The translations under genes were made by a program, and so were the position numbers. The notes under the pieces were generated by a model. That model was not told where the DNA came from and did not search any database. It saw only the letters and a list, made by a program, of their open reading frames with translations. This document shows positions 23,001-36,440 of a stretch of DNA of 64,000 bases, one piece after another. Origin of the DNA: Stylophora pistillata (Eukaryota). The stretch covers positions 52,522 through 116,521 of the forward strand of contig NW_019217948.1 in the NCBI RefSeq assembly GCF_002571385.2. Reading direction: 5' to 3'. Positions within the stretch are counted from its first letter, which is position 1. Every line of letters begins with the position of its first letter.

Positions 23001-26000
23001 ATGAACTTTAGCCGTAATTTTATTTGTTCTTTTCAGGCTTCCCATCGTCCAAGGCGGCACCTTCTCGTTTCTTACACCTACTTTCGCTATTCTAAGTCTT
23101 CCTCAGTGGAAATGTCCCTCCCCTCCCTCAACAGCAATACCACCTACAGGTAACATTTAAAATCGTCTTGTTGTTATAACTACGAGCAGTTTCTCATGAA
23201 TACGGTAGCAGAAGCCAGCAAGTGACACGACCGTTATCGTGCTTTACTATTGGGCCCGGTCAAGTTAGAACCTGCTTGTTGGCCATCTGTTGTTCAGCTC
23301 GATGTTAATGAATCAGTCGACAATTCCTGAAATCCATCCCGTAGTTGTTTTTGGTTTTGGTCTTGCTACAATACAAAAGCTTTGCATGTGAAGCTTGCTT
23401 TAATTCAATTTTCTTCCGGCTCAGTCTTGAAACTCAATTAACGTTATTCAGAAGCTTTCAGAGACTGACTTAATTTTAACTTGATCAAAGCGGTATGTCC
23501 CTTCCATAAAAGGTTTTTTGCCTTTAGTTGGCTTTGAAATATAGGACCAGTAGATGCGTAACAAAAATCACCATCAAAAGAGAAATCATTTTTAATTTTT
23601 TTTGGTTAGGAGGGGTCAATTTAAGTACCACAGCCTCACTCTTGAACATCACCACAACTACACCAAGTCCATCTACCCTTGACTACACTAACGTATGGAA
23701 ACCACGAATGAGAGAGGTAATTTGAGTTATATTCATTGGTAACTTCCATAACTTTCAACACTTCACGGTTAGTTTGCATTGTTTTGCTATCAATAAATCT
23801 TTCTCATTTGTTCCTTTGATTGACTTTATAGATCCAAGGAGCTATCATGATGGCATCACTGTTTCAGATCTTTATCGGCTTCACCGGTTTAGTGGGGTTT
23901 CTACTTCGTTTTATTGGACCGCTTACCATTGCTCCAACCATAACTTTAGTTGGATTGGCTTTGTTTCAAGCTGCAGCAGATTTCTCGGGTGAGTGTCAAT
24001 ATCTCATAATCATACTTTTATACGAATGTTTTAAAGTGCGCTCTTTTGCAACATGATGGTTTTTCNNNNNNNNNNNNNNNNNNNNNNTGTACCTTGTACC
24101 ATCTTTACCTTGTACCATCTTTACCTTGTACCATTTGTACCATGTACAAAGTATTATCATGGATAATATTGTGCGCTTTGATTTTAGTGGATTTATCAGT
24201 TAGCCCTCGATCCGCCAAAATAAGATCCACGGGGAAAATCCCGCTTGAAGAAACTTCTTTTAAGCCCCGATTTTAAAAAAGATTGTGTAGCAGGAGCCAT
24301 TTTAAAAAAAGACTGTTTAGTAGGAGGCAAGGGGAAAGGCTTTAGTTTGATTTTGCTTTTTAGCAGTCAGTCCCCTAGGTCCAATAGGGCTGCCATGTAT
24401 TGTCTTGTAAGTTGAGTTGATAGAGATCAGTCAAACGTCTTAGAAAGGTAGAGGGTGTTGCAACTCGAGGAGTTCTAAAAAAAACTTAACATCTCCTTCT
24501 TGGTCAAAGCCCGGATACTTGAACAGAGGTCGCAAAAATAAGTTAACCTGGGCAGAAACTTGCAGGAAATTTGTTCTTACATAACATAAAAGTATCGCAA
24601 CTCCGCCAAATCAATATCGATATCACTCTTGCTTTTAGAAGAAAAAAAAAGGAGATGGCTGCAATAATCATAATTGTTATAATCGTAATCATAATCGGGA
24701 GGAAAGGAAACATTTAAGAGAACGGTGGCGTCGGAGTAACAGAATCAACTATGAAACTTTTTATTGGTCTGGACATGACTCTTATCCAGTAAGGAGAATA
24801 CTATGGACGAAAAGTCGACTGAGAAGTATTGACTCCTGCCTCAGCGTGTAGAGCTTCAACTATCCGTCCGAACTTAACTGTACTAACTAAAGTTTGTTAT
24901 TATTGCAGGTATCCATTGGGGTATATCTATTATGTAAGTGCAAAGTTTGAGATGAATAGCAAAATAATCATTACGACTTTAACACGAGCTATTTCACAAT
25001 AGCTCCAAGCCTTCAATGCACATTATTACATTCATCTCAATTTTTTTTATTTCTTTACTCTATATATAGTTATATCTTTATATTTTTCAACTACATTGTT
25101 CTTTATCCTAAAACCTAAACCATCAGGTTGGTAATCATCAATTTTAGATAAGTATCACTTGCCCTTTGTTTATCATTTTATTTATCTTTTATCGATTGAT
25201 TGATTTTAGGACCATTGTGCTTATCACAGTATTCTCACAGTACTTAAAGAATGTCAAGATACCTTTTCCTGGTTATTCAAGGGCAAATGGGATGTACAAG
25301 GCCAGATTTGCGTTATTCAGAATGTTTCCGGTCAGTTGCAGCATTGTTGATTTGTTTGATTATAGTTTTTATATCTGTCGTGTGCTTGTTGCCATTTAAT
25401 GGCGATCGAGATCCGAGAAAGCCCCACCTTATTAAAGTTAGTATGATATTGTGAGGATCAGACAGATTGCACCACAAAATCATAACATGTACGTAAGGAA
25501 GAACACGGTCCCGAACTCAGCAGATGAACGACGACAAGGCTTTCAACGTTAAATGAGTCGTTATGAAATACAATTCTTAGCTTGATTCAAACTTTAAGTA
25601 TTTCACTGTCCTTCAACAATCTGAGGTTAGGCTACTGATTTTTTTTTTTTTTAACTCAGCAGGCATTTCTTTCTATCTGTATAAGAAATTGTACCCAGCG
25701 CTTACTTGATTATTCAGCAAGAGTAATCGATTTTAATGATAATTTTTTGTGTGTTTTTATATTAGATCCTGCTGGGAATCATCTTATCCTGGATAATTTG
25801 TGCCATTGTCACTGCTACTGGTGGATTTACTGACGACCAGAACAATCCACAGTATCAGGCCAGAACAGACGCCAGAATATTTGTGTTGAAAGAGGCAGAG
25901 TGGTTTAGATTTCCATATCCTGGTAAGAATATTAAATATCGGTATTATGAAGCGCGGCACTGAACGTCACACACCACAGAGCGTGCATATAAAGTAAAAT

Positions 26001-27315
26001 TGTTTATTCTGACTCCAGTAAGTTATGATGTCGCACAGAATTGTTTATATGACTCCGCTCGTAGACCCTTATCTCAAACTGCCCTTACGCTGTCTCACAA
26101 GTAATGTTTTGGTGAATTTCTGGTAGTCTCTCTTTGGAAAGCGAAAGAGAAAACGAAAGCGCAAAGTCCTTAGTTCTGTACATTACTGCGACTATCTTCC
26201 TTCAATTAAAATCCTTAGTTCGCATTTCAAAGTTATAATTTGCACATGTTTCAACCTCTCAACCCAAGGTCAGTGGGGTACACCCACTTTAAGTGCTGCT
26301 GGTGTGTTTGGAATGCTAGCCGGAGTACTGGCCTCCATGATAGAGTCCATTGGCGACTATTACGCTTGTGCAAGATTATCAGGGGCTCCACCTCCGCCAA
26401 AACACGCTATAAACAGAGGTATTGGAATGGAAGGAATAGGCTGCCTTCTTGCTGGGGCCTGGGGCAGCGGAAATGGAACCACCTCTTACAGTGAGAACAT
26501 AGGAGCGATTGGTATCACGAAGGTATTCCTTAGGTGTCATGTGTTTCATCATTCACCTTGTGTTACAAGGTTGCCTCGTATAGCTTAACATGTCAACGTT
26601 GTTCTTTTTCAGGTTGGCAGCCGTCGTGTTGTACAGTACGGAGCAATAATAATGATCCTACTTGGGATACTCGGCAAGTTTGGTGCCTTGTTCACCACTA
26701 TTCCAAACCCCATAGTGGGTGGAGTATTTATGGTCATGTTTGGAATGATAACAGCAGTCGGTATTTCCAATCTTCAGTTCGTGGACATGAATTCTTCCAG
26801 AAACCTCTTTATCCTTGGTTTTTCACTGGTGTTCGGAATGGCGCTTCCCTATTGGTTGTCTCGAGAAGAGAACAGGAACGCAATACAAACAGGTTTGCTC
26901 TAATTTCAAGCATTTAAATAGACAGACGTTACCAGTTTGTCCTGTTTGAGTAAGCGATTTTAAAACTCCACTTATCAAATAGTATTTATATTATTTCCTA
27001 GGTGAACCTGAGCTTGACCAAATCATTACTGTGTTGCTACGAACCAACATGCTGGTCGGTGGAATTACAGGTCTTTTACTTGACAACACAATTCCAGGAT
27101 CACGTGAGGAACGAGGCATGCTGCAATGGAACAATGAGACGGGACAAACTGGTGACGGTGAAAATCATGTTTATGATCTCCCATTTGGTTTGAAAAAGTT
27201 GAGTTTTTACAAGTGCGCTAAATACGTTCCATTTCTGCCCTATGATAAAAGCGACGCACCATCCGTAGAATTAAAAGAAGTATCAAAAAAGCCTGTTCAT
27301 CTCTCAGCAGTTTAG
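20045..27315 (+). CDS. SLC23 family nucleobase-ascorbate transporter (NAT/NCS2), 12 coding exons, about 600 aa
   Basis: Exons 20045-20062 (duplicate at 19434-19451), 21419-21517, 21626-21783, 23037-23149, 23610-23716, 23832-23988, 24909-24933, 25210-25330, 25766-25922, 26269-26522, 26613-26892, 27002-27315; all GT-AG and phase-compatible (1803 nt). Motifs [45 protein letters not shown]. The 18-nt first exon is the least certain part. Confidence 0.95.
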
Positions 27316-27794
27316 TGCGACAGTTTCATTTGTTGAGCAGGATTCATTTTTTAATAAGCTTGTATTACCATGACTGGAAGAACTCATTTACTAAAAATGG
27401 GTCAAACCTCTGTTATTAGCCATCAACTATTAAGTGCACACTTGCTTTTGTTCAAGTTTTCTGCCAGTTTATTTTGTAAACTTTCAAAATCGCTCTTATG
27501 TAGCGGCAGCCGATCAGACGCGCTTGAACCATCACGGCGTAGAAATGCTGTATTTCGAGACATAGACAATGATAGTTTCTGTGTGTTCGAGGCTCTCTTA
27601 CCTTAGTGAGTTCATAGCATGATAGAGAAAAGCAAAATAAATCAATTACATAACGAAATCTCGTGTTCTACTTGGCTTGTCCAGAGTTCTAGGGGAAGAA
27701 GGCAACTTGACCACACATTTTAGAGAACATGAGAGAAACCAGAACCGGAAAGATGAGGGAACATGAACACCTCCACAAAAGTATCCCCCCCCGC

Positions 27795-27795
27795 C

Positions 27796-27843
<48 letters not shown>

Positions 27844-27845
27844 AC
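27795..27845. repeat. (CA)n microsatellite
   Basis: Directly visible. Confidence 0.95.
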
Positions 27846-29097
27846 TCCCTCTGAATCATATTCCTCACGAAAACTTAAAATCTCTCTTGAAATAGGCCGG
27901 TTTATCTTCAAAATAAAGTTCTCGACTAAATAGTCAGTTCACCCTCCAACAATTTGTTCCGTCTGCTCTCCGCGCAGGCAAAAGGTTATCTTTCAAACGA
28001 AGGTAATAAAGACTCAGCTAACTGCTTCACTATCTTTATTGTTTTTAAAGGAAAAATTTCTCGGAAAAGCTGTATGCTCCGTGACATTTAGTAAACTCAG
28101 AAAGATGAAAATCAGTTTCTATTGTTTAAGGCAAAACTGAGCGAGTGTGTCATGATGTCGTAAGGAAGAGATCGGGGACTAGATCTGAAACCTGTCGTCA
28201 CACGTAGAATGTTGAACTCTTTTAGAGTTTCGTTTCTCACGACAGCTATTTAGTCAGGAAACAAATTCATTTCTTTANNNNNNNNNNNNNNNNNNNNNNN
28301 NNNNNNNNNNNNNNNNNNNNNNNNNNNNNNNNNNNNNNNNNNNNNNNNNNNNNNNNNNNNNNNNNNNNNNNNNNNNNNNNNNNNNNNNNNNNNNNNNNNN
28401 NNNNNNNNNNNNNNNNNNNNNNNNNNNNNNNNNNNNNNNNNNNNNNNNNNNNNNNNNNNNNNNNNNNNNNNNNNNNNNNNNNNNNNNNNNNNNNNNNNNN
28501 NNNNNNNNNNNNNNNNNNNNNNNNNNNNNNNNNNNNNNNNNNNNNNNNNNNNNNNNNNNNNNNNNNNNNNNNNNNNNNNNNNNNNNNNNNNNNNNNNNNN
28601 NNNNNNNNNNNNNNNNNNNNNNNNNNNNNNNNNNNNNNNNNCCTCACGAAAACTTAAAATCTCTCTTGAAATAGGCCGGTTTATCTTCAAAATAAAGTTC
28701 TCGCCTAAATAGTCAGTTCACCCTCCAACAATTTGTTCCGTCTGCTCTCCGCGCAGGCAAAAGGTTATCTTTCAAACGAAGGTAATAAAGACTCAGCTAA
28801 CTGCTTCACTATCTTTATTGTTTTTAAAGGAAAAATTTCTCGGAAAAGCTGTATGCTCCGTGACATTTAGTAAACTCAGAAAGATGAAAATCAGTTTCTA
28901 TTGTTTAAGGCAAAACTGAGTGAGTGTGTCATGATGTCGTAAGCAAGAGATCGGGGACTAGATCTGAAACCTGTCGTCACACGTAGAATGTTGAACTCTT
29001 TTAGAGTTTCGTTTCTCACGACAGCTATTTAGTCAGGAAACAAATTCATTTCTTTAATAGGGACTGGACAGACCTCAGCCATGTAATGTGAGAAATA

Positions 29098-29494
29098 AGG
29101 GTACATATAAATGTTGTGCCGCGTAAGACTGTAAACACAAATGGTGGAACAGAGAACTAACTCTGAAGCGTAAATTAAAGTGCTAGATCGGCAGAACAAC
29201 GGTAGATCTAATCCGGAGGCCTAATCCGAAGTGCTTAAATCGGCAGAGCAACGGTAGATCTAATCCGGAGATCTAATCCGAAGTGCTTAAATCGGCAGAA
29301 CAACGGTAGATCTAATCCGGAGGCCTAATCCGAAGTGCTTAAATCGGCAGAGCAAGGGTAGATCTAATCCGGAGGTCGTGGGTTCGATTCCCACCGAGGT
29401 CATAAGAATTTTTTCTTTGCCTAGTGCTGTTCCCTGATACCCTTTACTAGGTCTAACACCCAGTGGGTTTTTCATGGGGTTTCACTTAGCACTT
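29098..29494 (+). mobile_element. tRNA-containing repeat family A, second insertion, with inverted 5' part and internal 52-bp tandem repeats
   Basis: TSD TAATGTGAGAAATA at 29084-29097 and 29495-29508; homologous to 6375-6936. Confidence 0.85.
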
Positions 29495-29683
29495 TAATGT
29501 GAGAAATATACTGGCTAACGTCAATTACAAACGAAACGGTAATTCAGAAGGCTATGGAGGAGAGTATAGTTAAAGCCTTTTTCTGTAATATAAATAAACC
29601 TGCCCATAAGGGCAGCAAAAAACACTAAATCTTTTATATAAATTTCTCATGAAGAGCAATATTTCAATTTGTTTAAAACAGAG

Positions 29684-32600
29684 CTAGGAGGTCTTGGAAA
29701 ATTCCCATTTCTGATTGGCTAACATGTTACAGTTCTTCAACGCCACTGTATTTCCATTTCCTTGAAGTTCTAAACATCTTTCTTGTTGTGTGTTACGAAG
29801 AGCGCCCTGAAACAATATCAAAAAAAATTCAAGCAGGTTCATGTTTATTCGCGTTTGAGGACAATTCGGGCTTGATATTATTAAAGCCATCTTCATTCTT
29901 GCAGATTTAGTTTTCACATTGTTGAGGAGACGCCTAGGGAGGGGGGGGGGAGGGTACTCGATAACGTTTCAATCGGGGATTTTTCTCACCAAGATCCAAA
30001 CCAGTCCTATGATATACTCGATACATGATATTACACTGGTGAACAAATAGGTACATTCACCGAAGCAAAATAAATGCTGTGAAGACTAGAAAATAGAGGA
30101 GCAACTATAATTTAACCGCCACTCCCTTTAGATTCCTGCATAGCATTGAACGAAACCCATTAGCTGGCGATACAGGATAAAAGCATATGACTCTGGGAAG
30201 AACATAATATTTACCTTTGATAGTTCCCATTGTTGGCTGTTTTCTTCACAGGAAACAAGAAAGACACTTTCAGACTCTCCTCCAACACAAAATGAATCTT
30301 TCAATCCAGCTCTCAACTCCCCATCGTCCGTTAAGACAAAATGCTGTAAAGAATATGATGACAAGTCTAAACGATATAAACTTGTTTCCCGCAAATTAGT
30401 GCGCTTGAATAGATTTTGTTGTTGCTCCATCCCAGGCCAAATAAGGGTTATAACAAAATATTGTGCACAAATCAGCTGTGTGTTTTATGCGTGGCTCACT
30501 GTTCTGACAGTGCTGTCACTTGCGAATTGCACTTCAAAATCCTCCTTAAGTCTTATCCTTAATTCTGTCGCAGAATTTTCCCCTGATTACATTGTTATCA
30601 TCCGAACACTACTAGGGCAATTTCGATTATCAATATGACGATAAGATCCGATCATTTGCTTGAGGAGAAACAAAATATTCGTGGTGAAATTCTTATGTTG
30701 TCAGAAGGACAGCTAGAGTCCTTTCGTGTACAATACAAACCTGATTTCCTCCCATCCCATGGCAATGAGACGCACCGAGTTCAGAGCCAATAGACCTGGC
30801 CATTGTATCGAGGCACATTCCAGTCTGAGGATTGCGAGCCTTCAAAAAAAATCCATAACTTACGTAAAAAAGGATTACTAAATCTTATCCAGTGCAGTAT
30901 GACATACCATGGATAGAGGAAGTTTGACCCTCTTTGTTGACGATCGAAACATATTAAAATCTGTTCATATAACCGAGCCTAAGAAATTGTATAAGCAATC
31001 ACCGTGCACCTTAGGAGCCTCTGGAAATTATCTCAATTCCTGAAAAATGATGCCGTCGTGAGTACGGTGAATTTTCTTAAATACGAGACTACCACGACAC
31101 GGGTTTCAATGAGTCCTTCTAAGGCTCGAGTTTAAATTGTCTGATCGAAGTTAGACTACTTGTGGTGATCAATTGTTCCTATGAGGACTTAAGCAGAACC
31201 CTCCCCCCTCCCCCCTCCTCCACTCTCTTTCTCCCCCTCTTACCTCACCATATGCGTGACTTTCCTCACTCGGAGTAGTTTGTTCAGGATAGACATTCTC
31301 CAAGTACCATTTGAAGCTTTTACACTTAAGCCGCTTACGGAGTTCCAAGCGCTTTGTTAAGTCTCCATGATCGACTCCTTCTAAGTCCGGTCTCTTCATA
31401 AACACAAACTTTTTGTATTCATCCATCCACACGTGAACAACACGTGCAAGATTTACTGTGACTTCATGATAGCCACCCGGAAAATTGTATGGAAAACGAG
31501 AGCGGAACACGTGACCAACACGAGAACATGGGATGATCTCAATTTTTCCTCCACATTGCCAAATCTAGATCAAAAAATTAAAAATTTAAAATAGAACAAC
31601 AAAACTGATAAAGAAAAGACTAACGTCTACGAGTAAATGTGTAAATACTTTCATTGGAGTTAGTTTGAAGTTTTAATCAACGATGGTGGAGATTGCGATT
31701 GTATCACCGAATGTTTTCTTAAGTCTATCACTTAGTCCTTTTTTTCCTTTCTGTGTTCGCTGTTGTAACTTTCAAAAAAGTTTAGCTGATGTGCAGTATT
31801 ACTTTAGCTGGATATCAAGGCCTTTTAATTTTTAGTTCTATTTAATCCTCTCCTCAGCATTTATTTTGTGAGAAAGCGCGGCCTTCATTGCCGCTAGAAC
31901 CGAACTTAGAAGAAGCCTGTATGTGAAGTGGAGTTTTTTTGCTTATAATAAGGCTAAACCACAAGGGGGCCATGACTTCTAATCATTAACAACTCACCCG
32001 AAAGGACATCTCCAGATTTTCTCCTCCCCAAACTTCCATCCCTTCGTCGTAAGAGCCAGATTCGAAGAAGTACTTGCGATCAATGGAAAACAACCCGCCT
32101 GCCATTGTAGGAGTCCTTCGATAAACGAAAAACATACACAAGTGAAAACACTCAACTTGAAACAAGTGATTCGCTTTCGGCGATAAATGCTCATTTTAAG
32201 CGGGAAAGAACTGGTTAGAAAAGTGAGTCAGGTTTGTAAAGAGCCACTCATTCCAAGTATTGGGAACTTGAATGAAAACCGGGGCCTTTCACTGTTAAAA
32301 AAATTATTCGAGTTACTTTTAAAAGGACAGATCACTGTGAACAAATTAAAAGATTTTAAAAAACTGTTCGTCTGAACCTGATTTATTTTTTCGAACAAGC
32401 ATTCTAAACATAATTATTTGAACGGTTGCTCTTTGTTGGTGTTTTCCCCCGATTCTTTCGGAAGGATAAGAGACCTTCTGAAACAGCCACTGCACAAAGT
32501 GACTGCAAAGTGGTTTTTGCTACAACCCCTTTGAGCCCTTTTTACATGTGACAAGACAATACTTAGGCTCAGGGGCATACTTACCTGATCGGCTCGCTGG

Positions 32601-35311
32601 AGTCCTTGCGTTTGTCTCGAGCACTCAAAGGTAATGAATGCCAGTTGAACTGCATGTCCCAGCTGAAACCGCCAATAACTTCGGGTGGTGTTCCTGAGTA
32701 TAAGAAGTCTGTGGAGCTTATGATATCAATCACTGGCACAGGAACAATAGTACGGTCTTGTCGGATCCTATCTAGTAAGGGTTCTAACCAGTTCACGTTT
32801 GCTTCACAATGAGCATCAAGAAATGTTAATACTTGGCCTTTAGCTGCGTTGGCTCCAAGCAAACGAGCTCGTATAAGCCCCTCTCTCTTTTGTGTCCTAA
32901 CGATATGGACCTTAGTGAGCCTTGACACGTAATCCTCAAGCGGCTTTTTCAAATGATCTGGAAGAAAAAGGGACAATATGCAAAAATATGACTTGTTATT
33001 TCTAGCAGAAAGTGAGTGTTGCGCAGCAGCAGGGCCGGCAAATATCAAGTTCAGATGAGAGAAGGGAAAAGTAAATCAAGAGATGGGCATGATTAGAAAG
33101 TTCAGTTTGTGATGAGAGAACAATATTATGTGTTGTAGCTACAGGAAAGTCTAAAAGTATATTGGAAGTCTGGGAGCTCAGGGTGAGAAACATATCTAAA
33201 ATTATGTTGACTAAAATGATGACTAAAATGATAATTATGTTGGGTAGAATGTGAAACAAAATCAAAGTACGTCGCGATGCACTCGTTGATGATAATGCTC
33301 GAAAGCTGAGTCCAGAGTTCAGAATCATGTTCATGGCCGGGCTGGGCGAACTGAACGCAAAATCAGCTCCACTTACCAAAGGTGCTGAAATCATCGACAA
33401 GTATAATCTCGTCCAGGAGGTCTGAGGGCGAGCGGTTTAACACACTGTGAACAGTTCGTAACAGGGTGGACCACGCCTCGTTATGGAAACAAATCACCAC
33501 ACTTGTAGTAGGTAGGTCCGACACAGGGTACGATTTACCGTCACATCTGAGTTCCAATAGGGGAAAATATATCTCAGTTAGGCTTAAACTTTTCCTTAAG
33601 AACTTCTCCCTCCAGACAATCAAGTTATTAATGAATTGTTTTGGAGTCCATTATTAGTATACTATATTGAGTTGGAAAGTGCGCGGGCGTACTTAGAAAA
33701 AAGGGCAGGTCAGACAAAGCTGGTTTTTCCCAACCCCTTTGGGCCCCAAACCGCCGAAGCTTTAGATTTTAGTCTTTCCCAGGCGCACAAATAAACGCGA
33801 CTTGCTACACAGCGAGCGTGAAAGTAGAGACACGAGATCGAGGAGGTTCCATCCAACTTACGTGACTCCTTGTGCTAGTCCATAGACCAAAGGAATGACC
33901 CTAATACTTCCTCTTTCCCTCCCTCCCCTCCCCACTACTTTTTTACTAAAATAAATTCAGGGACTGAAGGCCTGTACAGTTTGTTTCCTACGAACACTTC
34001 AGAAGGACTTGAATTCAGACACTTTTTTTTCTGCCGGGAAATATCCAGATATCCTGAACGGAAAGGCCAAAAAAAAAAAGAAAAAAAAACGATTAAGACA
34101 AAATTACATGACTGTTTCGAACACGAGAATATTGAATCAAAATTCATATCGCTATCTATGAGTTGAGGACTGAAAGTGTTAAAATTTATGTGACCACTAC
34201 ATCTTGAAATAAAATAACGCGCGGAACGAAGAACGAATGAAACATTGAAGCTGTGAATCATGATGAAGCCAATAGAGAATTTGTAACACCCAATGAGATT
34301 CCATAAGCTTCTGTCAGCGCACGAAGAAGTTTAAGTACTTGTCAATTCATTTTCCTAAAGAAAATCATTGAGGAAGCTAGTTGCTATGGTGTTGGAATGC
34401 AATTTCACGATTTTGACCTATAAGATAAAAAAAAATCGGTCGACTTTTAGACCGAACTAATGGCCCGGCTGTTCGAGAGAGCTGAAATTACACACCTTGA
34501 TTGTGTGAACAAGTGTTGCAATATTATCTAAAATTTCCTTTTGCGTGCATCAGAAGACAGCACTGATATTTGAATGATATTAACCTGGTCATATTATTTG
34601 AATAAAGTCCACTGCTCACCCTGGACTCCTCGTGTCCTGAAGAGATCGGTCAAGGGAAATTTTCGAACTGGCATATTCGTTAAAAGCATACTTATCATAA
34701 CCAGCCTTCTCATTGTCTTTTTCTTTGTCTGGTATCCTCACAGCTTTCCCGTTTTCCCCCGGACCATTCGGGTCATGTGTCGGAAATCTTGCGACGCCAA
34801 TATTCGTGTCGGCGGAATCTTTCCTTGAGTTGTCTTCGGCAATGGATCTCACTGACGAAATTAGTCTTTGCTTTAAAAGTTTTGGTTTTTTCCTACTGTT
34901 TTCGTTTAAAGCATCCCCTCTGAATCGTAGTTTTCCCACTGATTCCTTTTTACCATTTCTAATTAGTCCATTTTGAATCAATTGCGTGTCGTGATCTGAC
35001 TTGTCTTTCATTATCTGTGATATCTCGTTGTTTATAGTGTCGAGTTTCTCTCCTCCGTGGAGCTCAATCTCAGAAATTCCACGTGGCAATAATTTCCCTG
35101 AGCGAGCTAATTCCTTTGAATTTTGCTCAAATTCTAACCAATCATCTTTATTTCCCTGATCAGAGATAAGGTAACTTTTGAGATATGGTGAAGAAATATT
35201 TAGCTGATATGAAACAAGTAATACGGTATTGAGCGCAAACCAAAACATGGACGTCAACAGAGCAACAACGATGACCTGCCGCGGCTTGTGAACTGAGCAT
35301 CTCCACGCCAT
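29684..35311 (-). CDS. Polypeptide N-acetylgalactosaminyltransferase (GT27, GALNT1/13-like), copy A, 8 exons, about 674 aa
   Basis: Exons 35311-34620, 33546-33377, 32957-32585, 32115-31998, 31564-31244, 30839-30741, 30343-30215, 29806-29684 (2025 nt, phases match). N-terminal [47 protein letters not shown], ricin-B lectin domain. Confidence 0.96.
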
Positions 35312-36440
35312 AACAAAACAAAAAAAACTTAATTACAGCAATAACTGTATCCTCTCTTTGTATCTCTGCTAGTCTGGGACGATTTCCTGCGTGATTTTCA
35401 CTGTTATTTGTAACAATTTCCAAAATCAAACACAACTTGACTGGCCATCGATTGAGGTAATAAATTACCTTCTGCTATTTGCCATTTGTAGCAGATTACT
35501 TCTGATTGCTCCTGACAGTATCTCCCCATTCCACTCACAAGGTTCAAGAAGTGTGAACAGAAATAGCTGTAACAACGAACAACATCCCATCACAACCAGC
35601 ATTATTGCAGTTTTGTCAGTGGCTTCTAATGTGTTGACTTAGCCCTGTGTTGAGTTTCCCCGAGCACGCGTATAGGATGACACGTATTGTATTAAAGAGC
35701 CATTAACAAGCTTTTCATAGTTCATCCCGTCTCAGATTTAGTCAGCTGGGTACGGGGCTTTTGTTCCGCTGTCTGCATCACCCGACAGAGGTAAATAATT
35801 CGTTGCGAACAATTTCAATCCTAATTTGCATACGGGCAACATCACTGATGCAAATAATTTCAACAATCACTACTTTTGGTTAAAATCTCAACCATTAACT
35901 ATCAATTTCTGTTCAAAATGAAATATACCGTCGGTAAATTAAGACTCATATCAACTCAATCTCGGGGAATCATCTCTATCTATTCAGCGCACAAATTAAA
36001 ATTGTTGATCATTTTTTTGGGAATAAAATATCGGAACAGATTTCTTCAGTTTCCATCACTACTTTCTTGATAAACGTGGGGAATTCGTCACTAAAGTAAG
36101 GAGTTTGACTCGTATGGTTGTCAAGTAACTGGTCAGTCTGGCGAATAGTCTGTTCCTTGATGTTGCGTTCGTTACCTTTCTAAGCGCGTTGAAATTAAAT
36201 TAAAGAAGAAAGAAAAATACAGCAACACCTGATGGCAAGCTGGGCATGTTTTATACGTGAACAACGTGTAAAGGTTGGTCAAGCAACGTTTGCTGCGGTT
36301 GGACAAGTCCGAAGTGAGAATGGTGACAAGAAAATGGATTCATAAGATTGATTGAGGAAACACATCCATCAGACTAGGATCGAAACGTGACAGTGATCGT
36401 TCACAAAAGTACTAGGATTTAAAGGGATATCATTATTTAT

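Noticed and set aside
27861-29057. ~417-bp direct duplication
   Set aside because: The copies flank an N gap and differ by a few SNPs; most likely an unmerged contig overlap or two haplotypes.
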